Below the pieces are notes generated by a model. The model searched no databases and had not been told where the DNA came from. It saw only the letters and a program-made list of their open reading frames with translations. Positions 9,217 to 19,033 of a stretch of DNA of 64,000 bases are shown one piece after another. This stretch comes from Chloroflexota bacterium. Lineage in GTDB: Bacteria; Chloroflexota; UBA11872. Positions within the stretch are counted from its first letter, which is position 1. Each line of letters opens with the position of its first letter. A program made the translations under genes and the position numbers. Location of the stretch: assembly GCA_028874315.1 (NCBI GenBank), contig JAPPKM010000071.1, forward strand, positions 226 to 64,225, read 5' to 3'.

Positions 9217-10782
9217 GTGATCGCTCCAAAGTCGCGCGTTCCCGCATACACCTACCCAACGACGTTGGCCGAGCAGGAAGCGGCGCTGGCCACAAACCCG
9301 CTCATGCAGCGCCTGCTGGCGTCGCGCGAGTCGTATGCGGGCCTGCGCCACCGGCCGGCGTATCACTACGTCAACCCCGAGTCGACACTCAACGACCCGA
9401 ACGGTCTCTGCTACTGGCAGGGCCGCTGGCACCTCTTTTACCAGGCCTATCCTCCCGAGGACGATCGGCAGCATTGGGGACATGCGGTTTCAGACGATCT
9501 TGTTCACTGGCGCGACTTGCCGTATGCCATCTATCCCAGCCCCGAGGACAAGTGCTTCTCGGGATCGACCCTGGTTGAGGGCGACCGGGTAATTGCCATT
9601 TATCACGGCGTCGGCGCCGGCAATATGGTCGCGACGTCCAGCGATCCGCTGCTGCTCAACTGGGCAAAGGTCGGCAACCGAGCCGTGATACCGATGCCGG
9701 ATCGAGACGGTCCTCCCGCGCCGTATCGAGTCTTCGATCCGTGCATCTGGATGAAGGACGGCGTTTACTACTCGCTGTCGGCGGGAACCAAGCCCGAGGG
9801 CCCCGGCGGCAAGCCGATCCGAGCAAACTTCCTCTTCAGATCAGAGGACCTGGAGCACTGGGACTATCTGCATCCATTCGTGGAAGACGACCACTACTCC
9901 ATGGTCGGCGACGACGGCGCTTGTCCCTACTTCTGGCCGATTGGCGACCGCCACATGCTGCTCTTCTACAGCCACACCAGAGGCGGTCAATACCTGCTGG
10001 GGGACTACGACACCGAGCGCGACAAGTTTGTGGTGACCCACGGCGCGAAGTACAACTTCGGGCCGTCGGGGCCAAGCGGTCTGCACGCGCCGTCGGCAAC
10101 GCCGGATGGCAAGGGCGGGCTAATCGTGATCTTCAACATGAACCCGGGCAAGCCCACGCCGCGCTGGAACCAGATCATGACGCTGCCTCGACGACTCACG
10201 GTCGACGGCGACGTGGTGTATGTGGAACCAGTCGAAACCCTGACCTCCTTGCGGCAGGAAGAGCAAGTCCTGGGTTCACTGGATCTGCCGGCCAACCAGG
10301 AAGTTGTGCTGGACGGAACGGCCGGTGACTCGCTGGAACTGGAGTTGGAAGTCGAGCCCTCGTCCGCGCCGATGATCGAACTCAACGTCTTGCGCTCGCC
10401 GGACCGCGAGGAGTTCACGCGCGTCGCCTTCTATCGCGACCGCGGCTATCGCACCAACCACTTCACCCAGGGAATCGTCGGACCGCTCTGGACGCACCTG
10501 AGCCAGATCTCGATCGACACCTCGTACTCGTCCGTCGCACCTGATGCGTTGTCGCGCGCGCCGGAGAATGCGCAAGTCCTAATCGCTCCAGATGAACCGC
10601 TGCGGCTGCGGGTCTTCGTTGATCGCAGCGCCGTGGAGGTATTCGCGAATGGGCGGCAGGCGCTGGCGGTGCGGGTGTATCCGGACCGCGAAGACAGCGT
10701 GGGAGTGTCGCTGCGCTCGCAGGGCGCGCCCAGCACCGTTCGGTCGCTGAAGGCCTGGACGCTGGAGTCGCTCTGGGACTAG
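9217..10782 (+). CDS. Glycoside hydrolase family 32 (beta-fructofuranosidase/levanase-like)
   Basis: GH32 blocks: 'LNDPNGLCYWQGRWHLFYQ' (nucleophile block), 'FSGS', 'VFDPCIW' (RDP-type block) and 'ACPYFWP' (EC-type block). Confidence 0.85.
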   Translation: MIAPKSRVPAYTYPTTLAEQEAALATNPLMQRLLASRESYAGLRHRPAYHYVNPESTLNDPNGLCYWQGRWHLFYQAYPPEDDRQHWGHAVSDDLVHWRDLPYAIYPSPEDKCFSGSTLVEGDRVIAIYHGVGAGNMVATSSDPLLLNWAKVGNRAVIPMPDRDGPPAPYRVFDPCIWMKDGVYYSLSAGTKPEGPGGKPIRANFLFRSEDLEHWDYLHPFVEDDHYSMVGDDGACPYFWPIGDRHMLLFYSHTRGGQYLLGDYDTERDKFVVTHGAKYNFGPSGPSGLHAPSATPDGKGGLIVIFNMNPGKPTPRWNQIMTLPRRLTVDGDVVYVEPVETLTSLRQEEQVLGSLDLPANQEVVLDGTAGDSLELELEVEPSSAPMIELNVLRSPDREEFTRVAFYRDRGYRTNHFTQGIVGPLWTHLSQISIDTSYSSVAPDALSRAPENAQVLIAPDEPLRLRVFVDRSAVEVFANGRQALAVRVYPDREDSVGVSLRSQGAPSTVRSLKAWTLESLWD

Positions 10783-10801
10783 GCCGAGAGGAAGCGCCGG
10801 C

Positions 10802-11530
10802 TCAGCGGCTCTTCCAGTCGAGGTCGATCTGGGGCAGCATCGGCAGCTCCTGCATGAACCGGTAGAAGCGCCCGGTCGGGCCGCCGTCGGGCAGCGAGGC
10901 CAGCCATACGGCCGTGGGCACGGCCTCGGACGGCGGTACGTGGGAGGTTGGGTTCATGTCGGTCTTGACCGAGCCGGGGCTCATGGCGTTGACGAGGACG
11001 TTCGATGTCTCGACCTCTTTGGCCATCGCGATCGTCAGCGCGTTGACCGCAGCCTTGGACGCGGCATATGCCGACTCGCCGGGATTGCACATGATGGCGG
11101 CGCCAGATGAGACGTTCACGATGCGCCCATAGCCCGCGTCGATCATGTGTGGGAGCGCGGCATGGCTGCAGGCATAGAGACCGACCAGGTTGACCGCCTG
11201 CACGCCGGCAAAGGCTTCGGGTGAGACATTGGCCACCGGCCCACGCGCGTTGCTGATGCCGGCGTTGTTGCACAGGACATCCAGCCGGCCGTGACGTGCG
11301 ACGACTCCGTCGATCGCCCGCTGCACTTCCGCCGCGTCACTCACGTCTAGCCGCACGATGCCGGACGATCCGGACAGGTTGTCGATCTCGGCTGCGACGG
11401 CAGTTAGCCGTGCTTGGTCGCGCGCGGCCAGGATTACGTGCGCGCCAGCTCGAGCATAGCCAAGCGCGATTTCGCGTCCGATTCCTCGACTGGCTCCGGT
11501 GACCAAGGCAATTCGACCAGCAAGACTCAT
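10802..11530 (-). CDS. Short-chain dehydrogenase/reductase (SDR)
   Basis: ORF 10802..11728. The internal ATG at 11530 (MSLAGRIALVTGASRGIGREIA) gives a normal SDR length. Catalytic 'YAASKAAV' block present. Confidence 0.85.
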   Translation of the reverse strand: MSLAGRIALVTGASRGIGREIALGYARAGAHVILAARDQARLTAVAAEIDNLSGSSGIVRLDVSDAAEVQRAIDGVVARHGRLDVLCNNAGISNARGPVANVSPEAFAGVQAVNLVGLYACSHAALPHMIDAGYGRIVNVSSGAAIMCNPGESAYAASKAAVNALTIAMAKEVETSNVLVNAMSPGSVKTDMNPTSHVPPSEAVPTAVWLASLPDGGPTGRFYRFMQELPMLPQIDLDWKSR

Positions 11531-11621
11531 ACGGACCGCCCTTTCGGTGACCACGGCGACATCAGCGGATTTACGGCGCGACAGTCGGCCGAGGACGAAG
11601 CCATCAACCGACTTTGCGGTT

Positions 11622-11858
11622 CTAGCTGCCTTGGCCGGCTTCCTTGGCCGCCTTGGCTTGATCGAGGCCCGAGCGGCGCGCTTCGTTGTCCTTCTCGTGG
11701 TCCGTCGCACCCACGCAGCCACGTCCACAGCGTCCCGAGGGCTTGAACTCGAAGGAATCGCTGTCGGCGCAGGCGCTCAGCCCAATCAGGGCTGGGGCGG
11801 CCATTAGCGCACCGAGTACGGCGCGTCGGCCTAGGACTCGAGGAGCATGGTTGAGCAT
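11622..11858 (-). CDS. Possible small TAT-signal lipoprotein
   Basis: 78-aa ORF with 'GRRAVLGALMAAPALIGLSAC' (RR motif plus lipobox). No other support. Confidence 0.35.
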   Translation of the reverse strand: MLNHAPRVLGRRAVLGALMAAPALIGLSACADSDSFEFKPSGRCGRGCVGATDHEKDNEARRSGLDQAKAAKEAGQGS

Positions 11859-11942
11859 GATCCCGGCTCACTGATGCCCTAATCGGGCACGAGCATAACC
11901 CAGACGGCCACATTGGCCGAAGCTGGTAAGACCCGGGACCAG

Positions 11943-13559
11943 CTATTGCACCTGCAGCGGCCGCCGGCACTTGACCGGGACGTCGATCAGCGAAGGGCGG
12001 TCAAGTTCCAGGGCGTCGCGCAGAGTGGCCTCAAGCGTTTCAGGCGTCGCGCGCAGGCCCACCGCTCCAAACGACTCGGCGAACCTGACGAAGTCAGGAT
12101 TTCGCAAGTTCACCTCGTAATCGTTGTCGTAGTCGCGCAGGAAGTCTTCCTTGATCGCGCCATACGCGTCGTCGTTGAGGATCACGACCGGGACGTTCAA
12201 TCCCTGCTGTACGGCGGTGGCCATTTCCTGGGCGGTGAACAGGAAGCCGCCGTCGCCGGTCAGCGATATCACGGGCCGGTCAGGGGCCACGATCTTTGCG
12301 CCCAGCGCCACGGGATATGAGTAGCCCAACGTGCCGAACGCCAAGCCATAGAGCCAGGTTCGCGGTTCGTAGAAGGGCAGATGTTCGCGACTCCAGTACC
12401 CCAGCAGGTGTGGGTCACTGGCCACAATGGTGTTGCGAGGAAGGGCGTTTCGAATCGCGTGCATGAGGCCCCACTCGAGCGGAGCACGCTGTGCTAGCTC
12501 GGCGCGAACTTCATCGCGCGCCGCCCGACCGGCGTCAACCCATTCGTCACGATCAACCTCGGGCGCATCGGCCGTCGCCTCCACCAGTGCGGCCAACCCT
12601 GCCTTCGCATCCGCGTGCACGCCGATCTCGGCGGGAATGTTCTTCCCGGGCTGGGTCGGGTCGATGTCGATGTGCAGGAGGCGCTTCGGGACCGGCAGCG
12701 TCCACCGACCGCTGGAGAGATACGAGAACCGCGCGCCCACGGCGAGCATGACGTCAGCTTGCTCCATGAAGCGGCGGATGGGTCCGTGCTGGTTCAAGTT
12801 GCCGATGACCAGCGGATGATCCTCGGGCATCGCGCCCTTGCTGGTGGTCGTGAGCATGACGGGGATGTCCAGCGTTTCGGCCAGCGTGCGCAACTCATCC
12901 CACGCGCCCGACATCATCACGCCGCCACCGGCCCAGATGATCGGGCGCTCGGCCGCAGCGAGGATCGACGCCATGCGTTCCAGGTCAGGTGCATCTCCCC
13001 GCGGCGGCTGATGCGTCTCCTCCCGGAGCAGCTCAACCTCGCCTTCGCCCTGGAAGACGTCAACCGGGATTTCGACGACCACAGGCCGAGGGCGGTTGAC
13101 CTGCATGCGACGAAGGCCCTCGTGGATGGCGCCTGGAATCTCACCGGGCGACATCGCCTGCCGGCTCCACTGGCTCAGCCGGCTGAAGACTCCGAACTGG
13201 TCCTTGCTCTCGTGGACGATGCCCTTGTCCTGGTAGAGGTACGCGGACATGTCCTCGGCCATGATGTTCAGCAGCGGAACGCCGTCACCGTAGGCCTCGC
13301 CCATTGGCGTGGCCACGTTGAGCGCCCCCGGACCGGCCGTGCTGAGGATCGTGGCCGGTTTCCCGGTGACCCGCGCGGCCCCCATGGCCATGTATCCAGC
13401 GCCCTGCTCATGCCGCACCAACACGTGGCGGATTTTGTCCTGCCGCATCAGGCGGCCGTACAGGTGCTCGCTGTGATATCCGGGAATCCCGAACACTAGG
13501 TCAATGCCTTCGGCAATCAAACTCTGGACCACGGCGTCCGAGCCGGTCATCACTGCCAT
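11943..13559 (-). CDS. Thiamine-pyrophosphate-dependent enzyme (acetolactate synthase large-subunit family)
   Basis: ORF 11943..13610. The ATG at 13559 has an upstream AGGAG. N-terminal 'GSDAVVQSLIAEGIDLVFGIPG' and TPP-binding 'LTGDGGFLF...LNDDAYG' blocks. Confidence 0.8.
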   Translation of the reverse strand: MAVMTGSDAVVQSLIAEGIDLVFGIPGYHSEHLYGRLMRQDKIRHVLVRHEQGAGYMAMGAARVTGKPATILSTAGPGALNVATPMGEAYGDGVPLLNIMAEDMSAYLYQDKGIVHESKDQFGVFSRLSQWSRQAMSPGEIPGAIHEGLRRMQVNRPRPVVVEIPVDVFQGEGEVELLREETHQPPRGDAPDLERMASILAAAERPIIWAGGGVMMSGAWDELRTLAETLDIPVMLTTTSKGAMPEDHPLVIGNLNQHGPIRRFMEQADVMLAVGARFSYLSSGRWTLPVPKRLLHIDIDPTQPGKNIPAEIGVHADAKAGLAALVEATADAPEVDRDEWVDAGRAARDEVRAELAQRAPLEWGLMHAIRNALPRNTIVASDPHLLGYWSREHLPFYEPRTWLYGLAFGTLGYSYPVALGAKIVAPDRPVISLTGDGGFLFTAQEMATAVQQGLNVPVVILNDDAYGAIKEDFLRDYDNDYEVNLRNPDFVRFAESFGAVGLRATPETLEATLRDALELDRPSLIDVPVKCRRPLQVQ

Positions 13560-13621
13560 GCGAGAACTCCTGCGGATCACATGCGAGCGCTGATCGTAGC
13601 CGACTGACAACTTCGGCCGAG

Positions 13622-15202
13622 CTAGATCGCTCCTCTGGCCCTGAGCCGGTTTCGGATCAGATTGACCAGCCGCGGCACTTCAGGCACACGTAGCAGTGCC
13701 AGCGCGGCGACGTAGACGATTACGATCCCGGCGCCGCTGGCCAGCAGCACTCGCCATCCAGCCGCTCCGGCAGGTTCCAGGGCCACGGTTGACCATTCGC
13801 GAAGGAACAGGCCAACCGCCGCCGCGAGGCCGCCGGCCGCGATAACGCGGATGCCAAAAAACCAGAGGCCGGGATCCCCGAAGCCGCCGAGTCGACGCCA
13901 GAGCAGCCAGCCCAAGACGGCACCGTGCAGGCTGTTCTGAACCGAATTCGCCGCCACGAGGCCAAAGACTCCAAAGGGCTCGACGAGCGCCAGCGCGGTT
14001 ATCAGATAGGCCAGTCCTCCGCCCACGCCAACCAACACCGGGGTCAACGTGTTTCGGGTGGCGTAAAACGCTGCAATGAAGATCTGGTCCAGTACGGTCA
14101 AGGGAAGCTGGACGGCGTAGATGAGCAGGGCCAGGCCGGTGAGATCAGTGGCTGCGGCATCGAAGGCGCCCCGCTCGTACACAACCCGGATAACGGGAAC
14201 GCTCAACGCCGTAAGCAGCACCGTGACAGGCACCATGAGGACGAACGCGCTACGCGCGGCGGCCACCAGCGCGGACTTGAACTCTGCCGCGTTCACCAAA
14301 TCGCGAGCGTCCTCGGGAGCGCTGCGCGCCAGAACCGGAAGAAACGCAAGGGCAATCGCGGAACCGATCAGCCCCAGCGGGAACTGTTGCAAACGGGTGG
14401 CGAAGCGCATGATCGCCAGGCTGCCCTCCCCCGTGCGCGACGCGAGGTTGGTGTCCACGATCACGAGCACCTGTGCGACCACGAGGCCCGCGGCGATTGG
14501 CAGATAGAGCCTCAGGGCGCGCGCGGTATCCGGATTGCCCCGCAAGGCCGGCGCCGTTAGGCGCACGCCATCTCGAACCAGGGCCGGAGTCTGAATCAGA
14601 AGATGCGCTCCGGCTCCCGCCAGGTAGCCGATGGCCACCCCGACTGGACCGACGACAGGCGTAAGCGCCAGGGCCAGCACAATGAGCGTTCCGTTGAGCG
14701 TCCCTGGTGCAAACGACGGGGCGGCATACCGATCGCGGGCGTAGAGCCTCGCTGCCGTGACCGCGGATAGCCCGAGAAAAAGCACAGCGGGAAGTGTGAT
14801 ACGCGTCATCACGACCGCCAGTTGTCGTGTTTCCAGGGGCAAGCCCGGTGCCGCCGCGGCCACCAGCGGTTCCGCCAGGGCGACCAGGACAAACGTCACG
14901 CCAACCAGCGCAACCCCGACCGAGGCGATCAGCGATGAGAAGGTCCGCGCCAGACGGCGGTCGTCGCTCGCCATCTCGCTGAAGAGCGGGATCAGCACGC
15001 CGGAAACTGCGCCGCCGATCACGAGTTCGTGGACCAGCTGGGGCAGACGCGTCGCCACCTCAAACGCGTCAGTCGCGCCCGAGGCGCCGAATAGGGCGGC
15101 GATGACCGGCTCACGCACGAATCCCAACAGCCGGCTAATGATGTTGCCGCCCGCGACCAGCGCGGCGGCCATTGCCACCCGCCTGGTGGTCGCCGAGTTC
15201 AC
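13622..15202 (-). CDS. murJ: Lipid II flippase MurJ/MviN
   Basis: 526-aa polytopic ORF. N-terminal 'GNIISRLLGFVREPVIAALFGAS' is typical of MurJ. Confidence 0.85.
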   Translation of the reverse strand: MNSATTRRVAMAAALVAGGNIISRLLGFVREPVIAALFGASGATDAFEVATRLPQLVHELVIGGAVSGVLIPLFSEMASDDRRLARTFSSLIASVGVALVGVTFVLVALAEPLVAAAAPGLPLETRQLAVVMTRITLPAVLFLGLSAVTAARLYARDRYAAPSFAPGTLNGTLIVLALALTPVVGPVGVAIGYLAGAGAHLLIQTPALVRDGVRLTAPALRGNPDTARALRLYLPIAAGLVVAQVLVIVDTNLASRTGEGSLAIMRFATRLQQFPLGLIGSAIALAFLPVLARSAPEDARDLVNAAEFKSALVAAARSAFVLMVPVTVLLTALSVPVIRVVYERGAFDAAATDLTGLALLIYAVQLPLTVLDQIFIAAFYATRNTLTPVLVGVGGGLAYLITALALVEPFGVFGLVAANSVQNSLHGAVLGWLLWRRLGGFGDPGLWFFGIRVIAAGGLAAAVGLFLREWSTVALEPAGAAGWRVLLASGAGIVIVYVAALALLRVPEVPRLVNLIRNRLRARGAI

Positions 15203-15699
15203 GTCCGGCGGCGGCTTCGAGCGATCAATTCGCTGGACGCCTGCCCAGGCGTCAGCGGCACGAACACGGCAGGGACTGCCAGGCGCTTGAGGGTGGCGGT
15301 CTCAGGAAGCGTCGTCCCGCCGGCCGCCGGATCATAGTCGGCTCCCTTGACATAATGCGCCGGGCGCAACTGCTCGATAAGCCGGTCGGCGGTCTCCTCG
15401 TCGAACGGCGTCACGGCACTTACCCAGCGCACGGCCTGGAGCACCGCGAGTCGATCCTCCAGTGACATCAGCGGCCGGTCGGGTCCCTTGAGCCTTTGAA
15501 CTCCCGCGTCGCTGTTCACCCCGACGACCAGCACATCTCCCAACGCGGCGGCCTGTCGCAAGAGGGCCAGATGGCCTGGATGAATGAGGTCAAAGCAACC
15601 ATTGGTCAGCACCAGCCGGCGCCCCGCGGCACGCTGCCGCGCGCCAAAGGCCGCTAGATCCCCGGGCTGAACAACCTCGGCCTCAGGCGAAATGCTCAC
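15199..15699 (-). CDS. Cytidylyl/adenylyltransferase (RfaE/HldE domain II-like, heptose-1-phosphate adenylyltransferase type)
   Basis: 'LTNGCFDLIHPGHLALL' HxGH nucleotidyltransferase motif. The start is uncertain. GTG at 15699 was chosen so that overlap with the upstream kinase is short. Confidence 0.7.
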   Translation of the reverse strand: MSISPEAEVVQPGDLAAFGARQRAAGRRLVLTNGCFDLIHPGHLALLRQAAALGDVLVVGVNSDAGVQRLKGPDRPLMSLEDRLAVLQAVRWVSAVTPFDEETADRLIEQLRPAHYVKGADYDPAAGGTTLPETATLKRLAVPAVFVPLTPGQASSELIARSRRRT

Positions 15700-16708
15700 G
15701 GGACTCGCGGATGATTTCTTCAGCCGACACCACCGCCACGCCAAGCTGGCGAACGACAACCCGCGCCCCCAGCGATGCCAGGGCAGCGGCCTCCACTGGC
15801 GTGGCGCCGCCCAGGAGTGCCGCGGTCATGGCCGCGGCGACCGTGTCACCGGCCCCGCTTGGGTCGGCAACTCGGCCTGCAAACTTCGCTGGAATGAACT
15901 CCCGCCCGCAGGGTCCTGCGTCCAGAGCCATTCCGGCGGCGCCGAGCGTGACCAGCACGGCTTCGACTCTCACCAGCTGCCGCAGTTCGCCGGCCGCGTT
16001 GAGGGCGTCGGCGGTTGAGGTGATCTCGCGGCCGAGTTCGGCTTCGGCCTCGGGCTGGTTGGGCGTGAGGAGCGTGGCATCGCGGAACCTGGCAAGTCCG
16101 CCGTGAGCGTCGGCGGTCACCACCAGCCCGGCCGCACGTGCGGCGGGTAACGCGGCATTCAAGACTGACGGACTAACCACGCCGGCTTCGTAGTCGGAGA
16201 TCACGAGGGCGTCGGTTTCGGTGATGGCGGTCTCGAGGTACGAGGCCATCTGATCGGCGGTCTCGGGCTTGACCGCGGACCGATCGAGCGTATCGACGCG
16301 CGCGATCATGCTCTGTGGTCGTTGGCGGTCGCCTCCGGCCCAGATGCGCAGCTTGACCGCCGTCACCCGATCCGGATCGGGCAGAAGGCCCTCGGTTCGA
16401 ATCCCGCGTCGTTCAAGTTCGTCTCTCAGGCAGTCGGCCATTGAATCTGCACCAACGACGCCGGCCACCGTCACCTCGCAGCCCAGACCGCGCAGATTGG
16501 TGGCTACGTTTGTGGCCGCACCGGGAAAAAGCAGACGTTCCTGCTGCTCAATGACGGGCAGGGGCGCTTCGCGAGACAGACGCCGAGCCGCACCGATAAT
16601 GTGCTCGTCCAACACCATGTCGCCGAGGACGACGGCCCGCTTGCCAGCCGCCTGTTCGAGGATTTCGGCGGCGCGGTGAGAGCTAATGGTCGGGCCTGAG
16701 GCCCCCAT
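15683..16708 (-). CDS. PfkB-family carbohydrate kinase (RfaE/HldE domain I-like)
   Basis: PfkB signature 'DPSGAGDTVAAAM' near the C-terminus. 341-aa ORF directly upstream of the nucleotidyltransferase. Confidence 0.8.
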   Translation of the reverse strand: MGASGPTISSHRAAEILEQAAGKRAVVLGDMVLDEHIIGAARRLSREAPLPVIEQQERLLFPGAATNVATNLRGLGCEVTVAGVVGADSMADCLRDELERRGIRTEGLLPDPDRVTAVKLRIWAGGDRQRPQSMIARVDTLDRSAVKPETADQMASYLETAITETDALVISDYEAGVVSPSVLNAALPAARAAGLVVTADAHGGLARFRDATLLTPNQPEAEAELGREITSTADALNAAGELRQLVRVEAVLVTLGAAGMALDAGPCGREFIPAKFAGRVADPSGAGDTVAAAMTAALLGGATPVEAAALASLGARVVVRQLGVAVVSAEEIIRESREHFA

Positions 16709-16711
16709 CTA

Positions 16712-17479
16712 TCAGCCGCGTGCCGCGCGCAGGTACGTGGCGCACTGGCGCAATGCCTCGGCCGGGTCGCCGCGCATACGGCACTCCAAGGCTGCTGATC
16801 CCGCGTAGCCGATATCTCGAAGCGCGTTAAAGACGGCACTAAAGTCCGTTGCACCGGTGCCCGGATGCGCTCGCTGGTTGTCCGCCAGGTGCACGTGCCC
16901 AATCCAGTCAGCGGCCGCGCGGATGCTCGCGGGAGTGTTGTCTTCCTCAATGTTCATATGAAAGACGTCGGCAAGGATTTTGACCCGCGGGCTTCCCACC
17001 CGCGCGGCGATGGCGATACCGTCCGCCAGGGTGTTGACCAGATGCATTTCGTAACGATTGAGCGGCTCGACCGTGATGGTCACGCCCGCGGCCTCGGCGT
17101 GAGGCGCCAGTTGCTCCAGGGCCCGTACGTAACTGTCCGCCTCGTCGGCGGCGACAATGTCGGGCGGTAGCGCTCCACGTACCGGCACCGAAATCAAGGC
17201 CGTTATGCCCAGTTCGTTGCAGGCGTCAATCGCGCGTCGGACCTGATCGATACGGCGACGCTGGGAGTATTCGTCCGCTACCAGGTCAAGGCTCCGACCG
17301 GCCGGGCACATGCTCAGGGCCGGGATTCCGGCCGCCGCGAGCGCACGTCGGTACTCGCTGACGTGATCAACCGCGTCGCTATGGACTTCGACGGCTTCAA
17401 AGCCCGTCTCGGCCAGGCAGGCGATGCGCTCCGCGACCGAGTTGCCGGGTGCCAGTCGAACCTGCGCGGAGATTTTCAT
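16712..17479 (-). CDS. Sugar phosphate isomerase/epimerase (xylose-isomerase-like TIM barrel)
   Basis: ORF 16712..17515, ATG at 17479 (MKISAQV). 'IGHVHLADN' block typical of the family. Confidence 0.7.
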   Translation of the reverse strand: MKISAQVRLAPGNSVAERIACLAETGFEAVEVHSDAVDHVSEYRRALAAAGIPALSMCPAGRSLDLVADEYSQRRRIDQVRRAIDACNELGITALISVPVRGALPPDIVAADEADSYVRALEQLAPHAEAAGVTITVEPLNRYEMHLVNTLADGIAIAARVGSPRVKILADVFHMNIEEDNTPASIRAAADWIGHVHLADNQRAHPGTGATDFSAVFNALRDIGYAGSAALECRMRGDPAEALRQCATYLRAARG

Positions 17480-17583
17480 AGTGGACCCTTCTCCTTCGAG
17501 GCGGCAGCGTAGCAAAGCTCGATAGCGTCCCTGTTATTATCAGGCGAGCCTCTCAGTTAGCGAGATTTGGGCGTTCCCCTCCT

Positions 17584-17712
17584 TTGAATAAGCGAAAGCG
17601 CGTGGCCTGGCGCAAGCACCGCCGAACCAAGAAGCGCGGTCGTCTGCGCCGCAAGGCTGAGCGCGAAGCCGACAGCACGCCTGCCCGCCGCCGGTCGCGT
17701 CAGCAGCCGTAG
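17584..17712 (+). CDS. Possible very basic 42-codon mini-protein (bS22-like composition)
   Basis: Not in the ORF track (<60 aa). TTG start. Translation: NKRKRVAWRKHRRTKKRGRLRRKAEREADSTPARRRSRQQP. No clear SD sequence. Confidence 0.3.
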   Translation: MNKRKRVAWRKHRRTKKRGRLRRKAEREADSTPARRRSRQQP

Positions 17713-17740
17713 CGGTCGCGCCGTTCGGCCGCCCGTCGCC

Positions 17741-19033
17741 TTGATGCCAGGCGAGTCTTTGGCCGTGCAGCGCACGCTGCCAAACGGCGTTCATCTCATT
17801 GCAACCCCCATGCGGCACACGGCCGCGGTCAGCCTGCACGTGGCCTCGCGCGCGGGCTCAGGCAGCGAGCCGGCCGAATTAACCGGTGTCACGCACTTCG
17901 TTGAACACATGCTCTTTCGTCGGCAGTCGCATGAACCCGGCGCCTTCGCCAGCGCCATTGAGCGGCTGGGCGGCCAAATCAACGCGGCAACCGAACCGGA
18001 ACTGACCGTTGTGGGCGTCAAGGTTCCGGCTGAGGCTTGGGTGGATGCGCTCCAGACGGTGGCGTGGATGGTGCGTGAGCCGGCCATGGACCCAGACGAG
18101 ATCGAAAAAGAGCGCACCGTCATCCTGGATGAGCTGGCGTTGATTGACGATCTGCCGGAAGAGTCGGCCCGCCGTGCGGTGCTGGCCACGCTCTGGCCAA
18201 ATCACCCGTTCGGGCGCGAAGTCGCGGGGACGACGTCAAGCGTTCGGTCCTTGACGCGCGACGCCCTGCTCCGACGCGCCGCCGCGATGTTCGCCGGCCG
18301 CAACACGATTGTGAGCGTGGCGGGGGCATTTGATCCTGCGGCGGCACTGGACATGCTGGGCGCTGCCTTTGGCTCCGTACCCTCGGGCTCCCGCGAGGTC
18401 TATTCCGCGGTGCACGCCAACGGCCAGCCGGCGGAAAGGGTCCACCTCATTCAGCGCGAGGCCGAGCAGGCGTACTTTTCCATTGCCGGTTTCACGCCCG
18501 GCCGGTCGAGCCGCGACCGCTATGCCGTGGAACTGCTCGGCGCCGTCCTGGGCGCTGGCTTCGGCGCCAGGCTGGTGCTGGAGCTACGCGAACGTCATGG
18601 TTTGGCTTACGACATCGGTGCCGACGTAGGCCACTGCGGCGAGCAGGGCGTCTTGTCGATTGACGGCGCGACCGATCCGGAGCTGTTGACAAGGGCCGTT
18701 GCCATCGTGCTGGGCGAACTGTCCGATGTGGTGGACCGTGGTGTGACCGAGGACGAGTTCGAGCGTGCCCGCGCGTATACCGTTGGCGGCCTGATTCGTT
18801 CCCTGGAGGACTCAGCGGTTGTGGCCGCGTGGTACGCGCGGGAGCAGGCGCTGGAACCCAGCCCTCTCACACCCGAGGCGCTGATCGGGCGAGTGCGCGC
18901 TGTGACTCGAAGGGACGTCAACGCTTCCGCCCGAGCCTGGCTGGCCCGTGACTGGCCGCTGATCGCAGTGGCCGGTCCGCTGGATAGCGAAGTCGAAATA
19001 CCCGCCGAACTGGCGCTGAAGGGTGTTGGCTGA
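17741..19033 (+). CDS. M16-family (insulinase-like) zinc peptidase
   Basis: Inverted zinc motif HxxEH in 'THFVEHMLF'. 430 aa. Confidence 0.8.
   Translation: MMPGESLAVQRTLPNGVHLIATPMRHTAAVSLHVASRAGSGSEPAELTGVTHFVEHMLFRRQSHEPGAFASAIERLGGQINAATEPELTVVGVKVPAEAWVDALQTVAWMVREPAMDPDEIEKERTVILDELALIDDLPEESARRAVLATLWPNHPFGREVAGTTSSVRSLTRDALLRRAAAMFAGRNTIVSVAGAFDPAAALDMLGAAFGSVPSGSREVYSAVHANGQPAERVHLIQREAEQAYFSIAGFTPGRSSRDRYAVELLGAVLGAGFGARLVLELRERHGLAYDIGADVGHCGEQGVLSIDGATDPELLTRAVAIVLGELSDVVDRGVTEDEFERARAYTVGGLIRSLEDSAVVAAWYAREQALEPSPLTPEALIGRVRAVTRRDVNASARAWLARDWPLIAVAGPLDSEVEIPAELALKGVG

Noticed and set aside
8215-9483. Long antisense or alternative-frame ORFs across backbone genes (for example 8215-9483, 6152-7816, 19277-20176, 26913-27836, 1313-2008, 44480-45376)
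   Set aside because: Their translations are Arg/Pro/Gly/Ala-rich and lack motifs. They lie opposite or overlapping ORFs with clear family signatures. This is the usual artefact of stop-poor high-G+C DNA.
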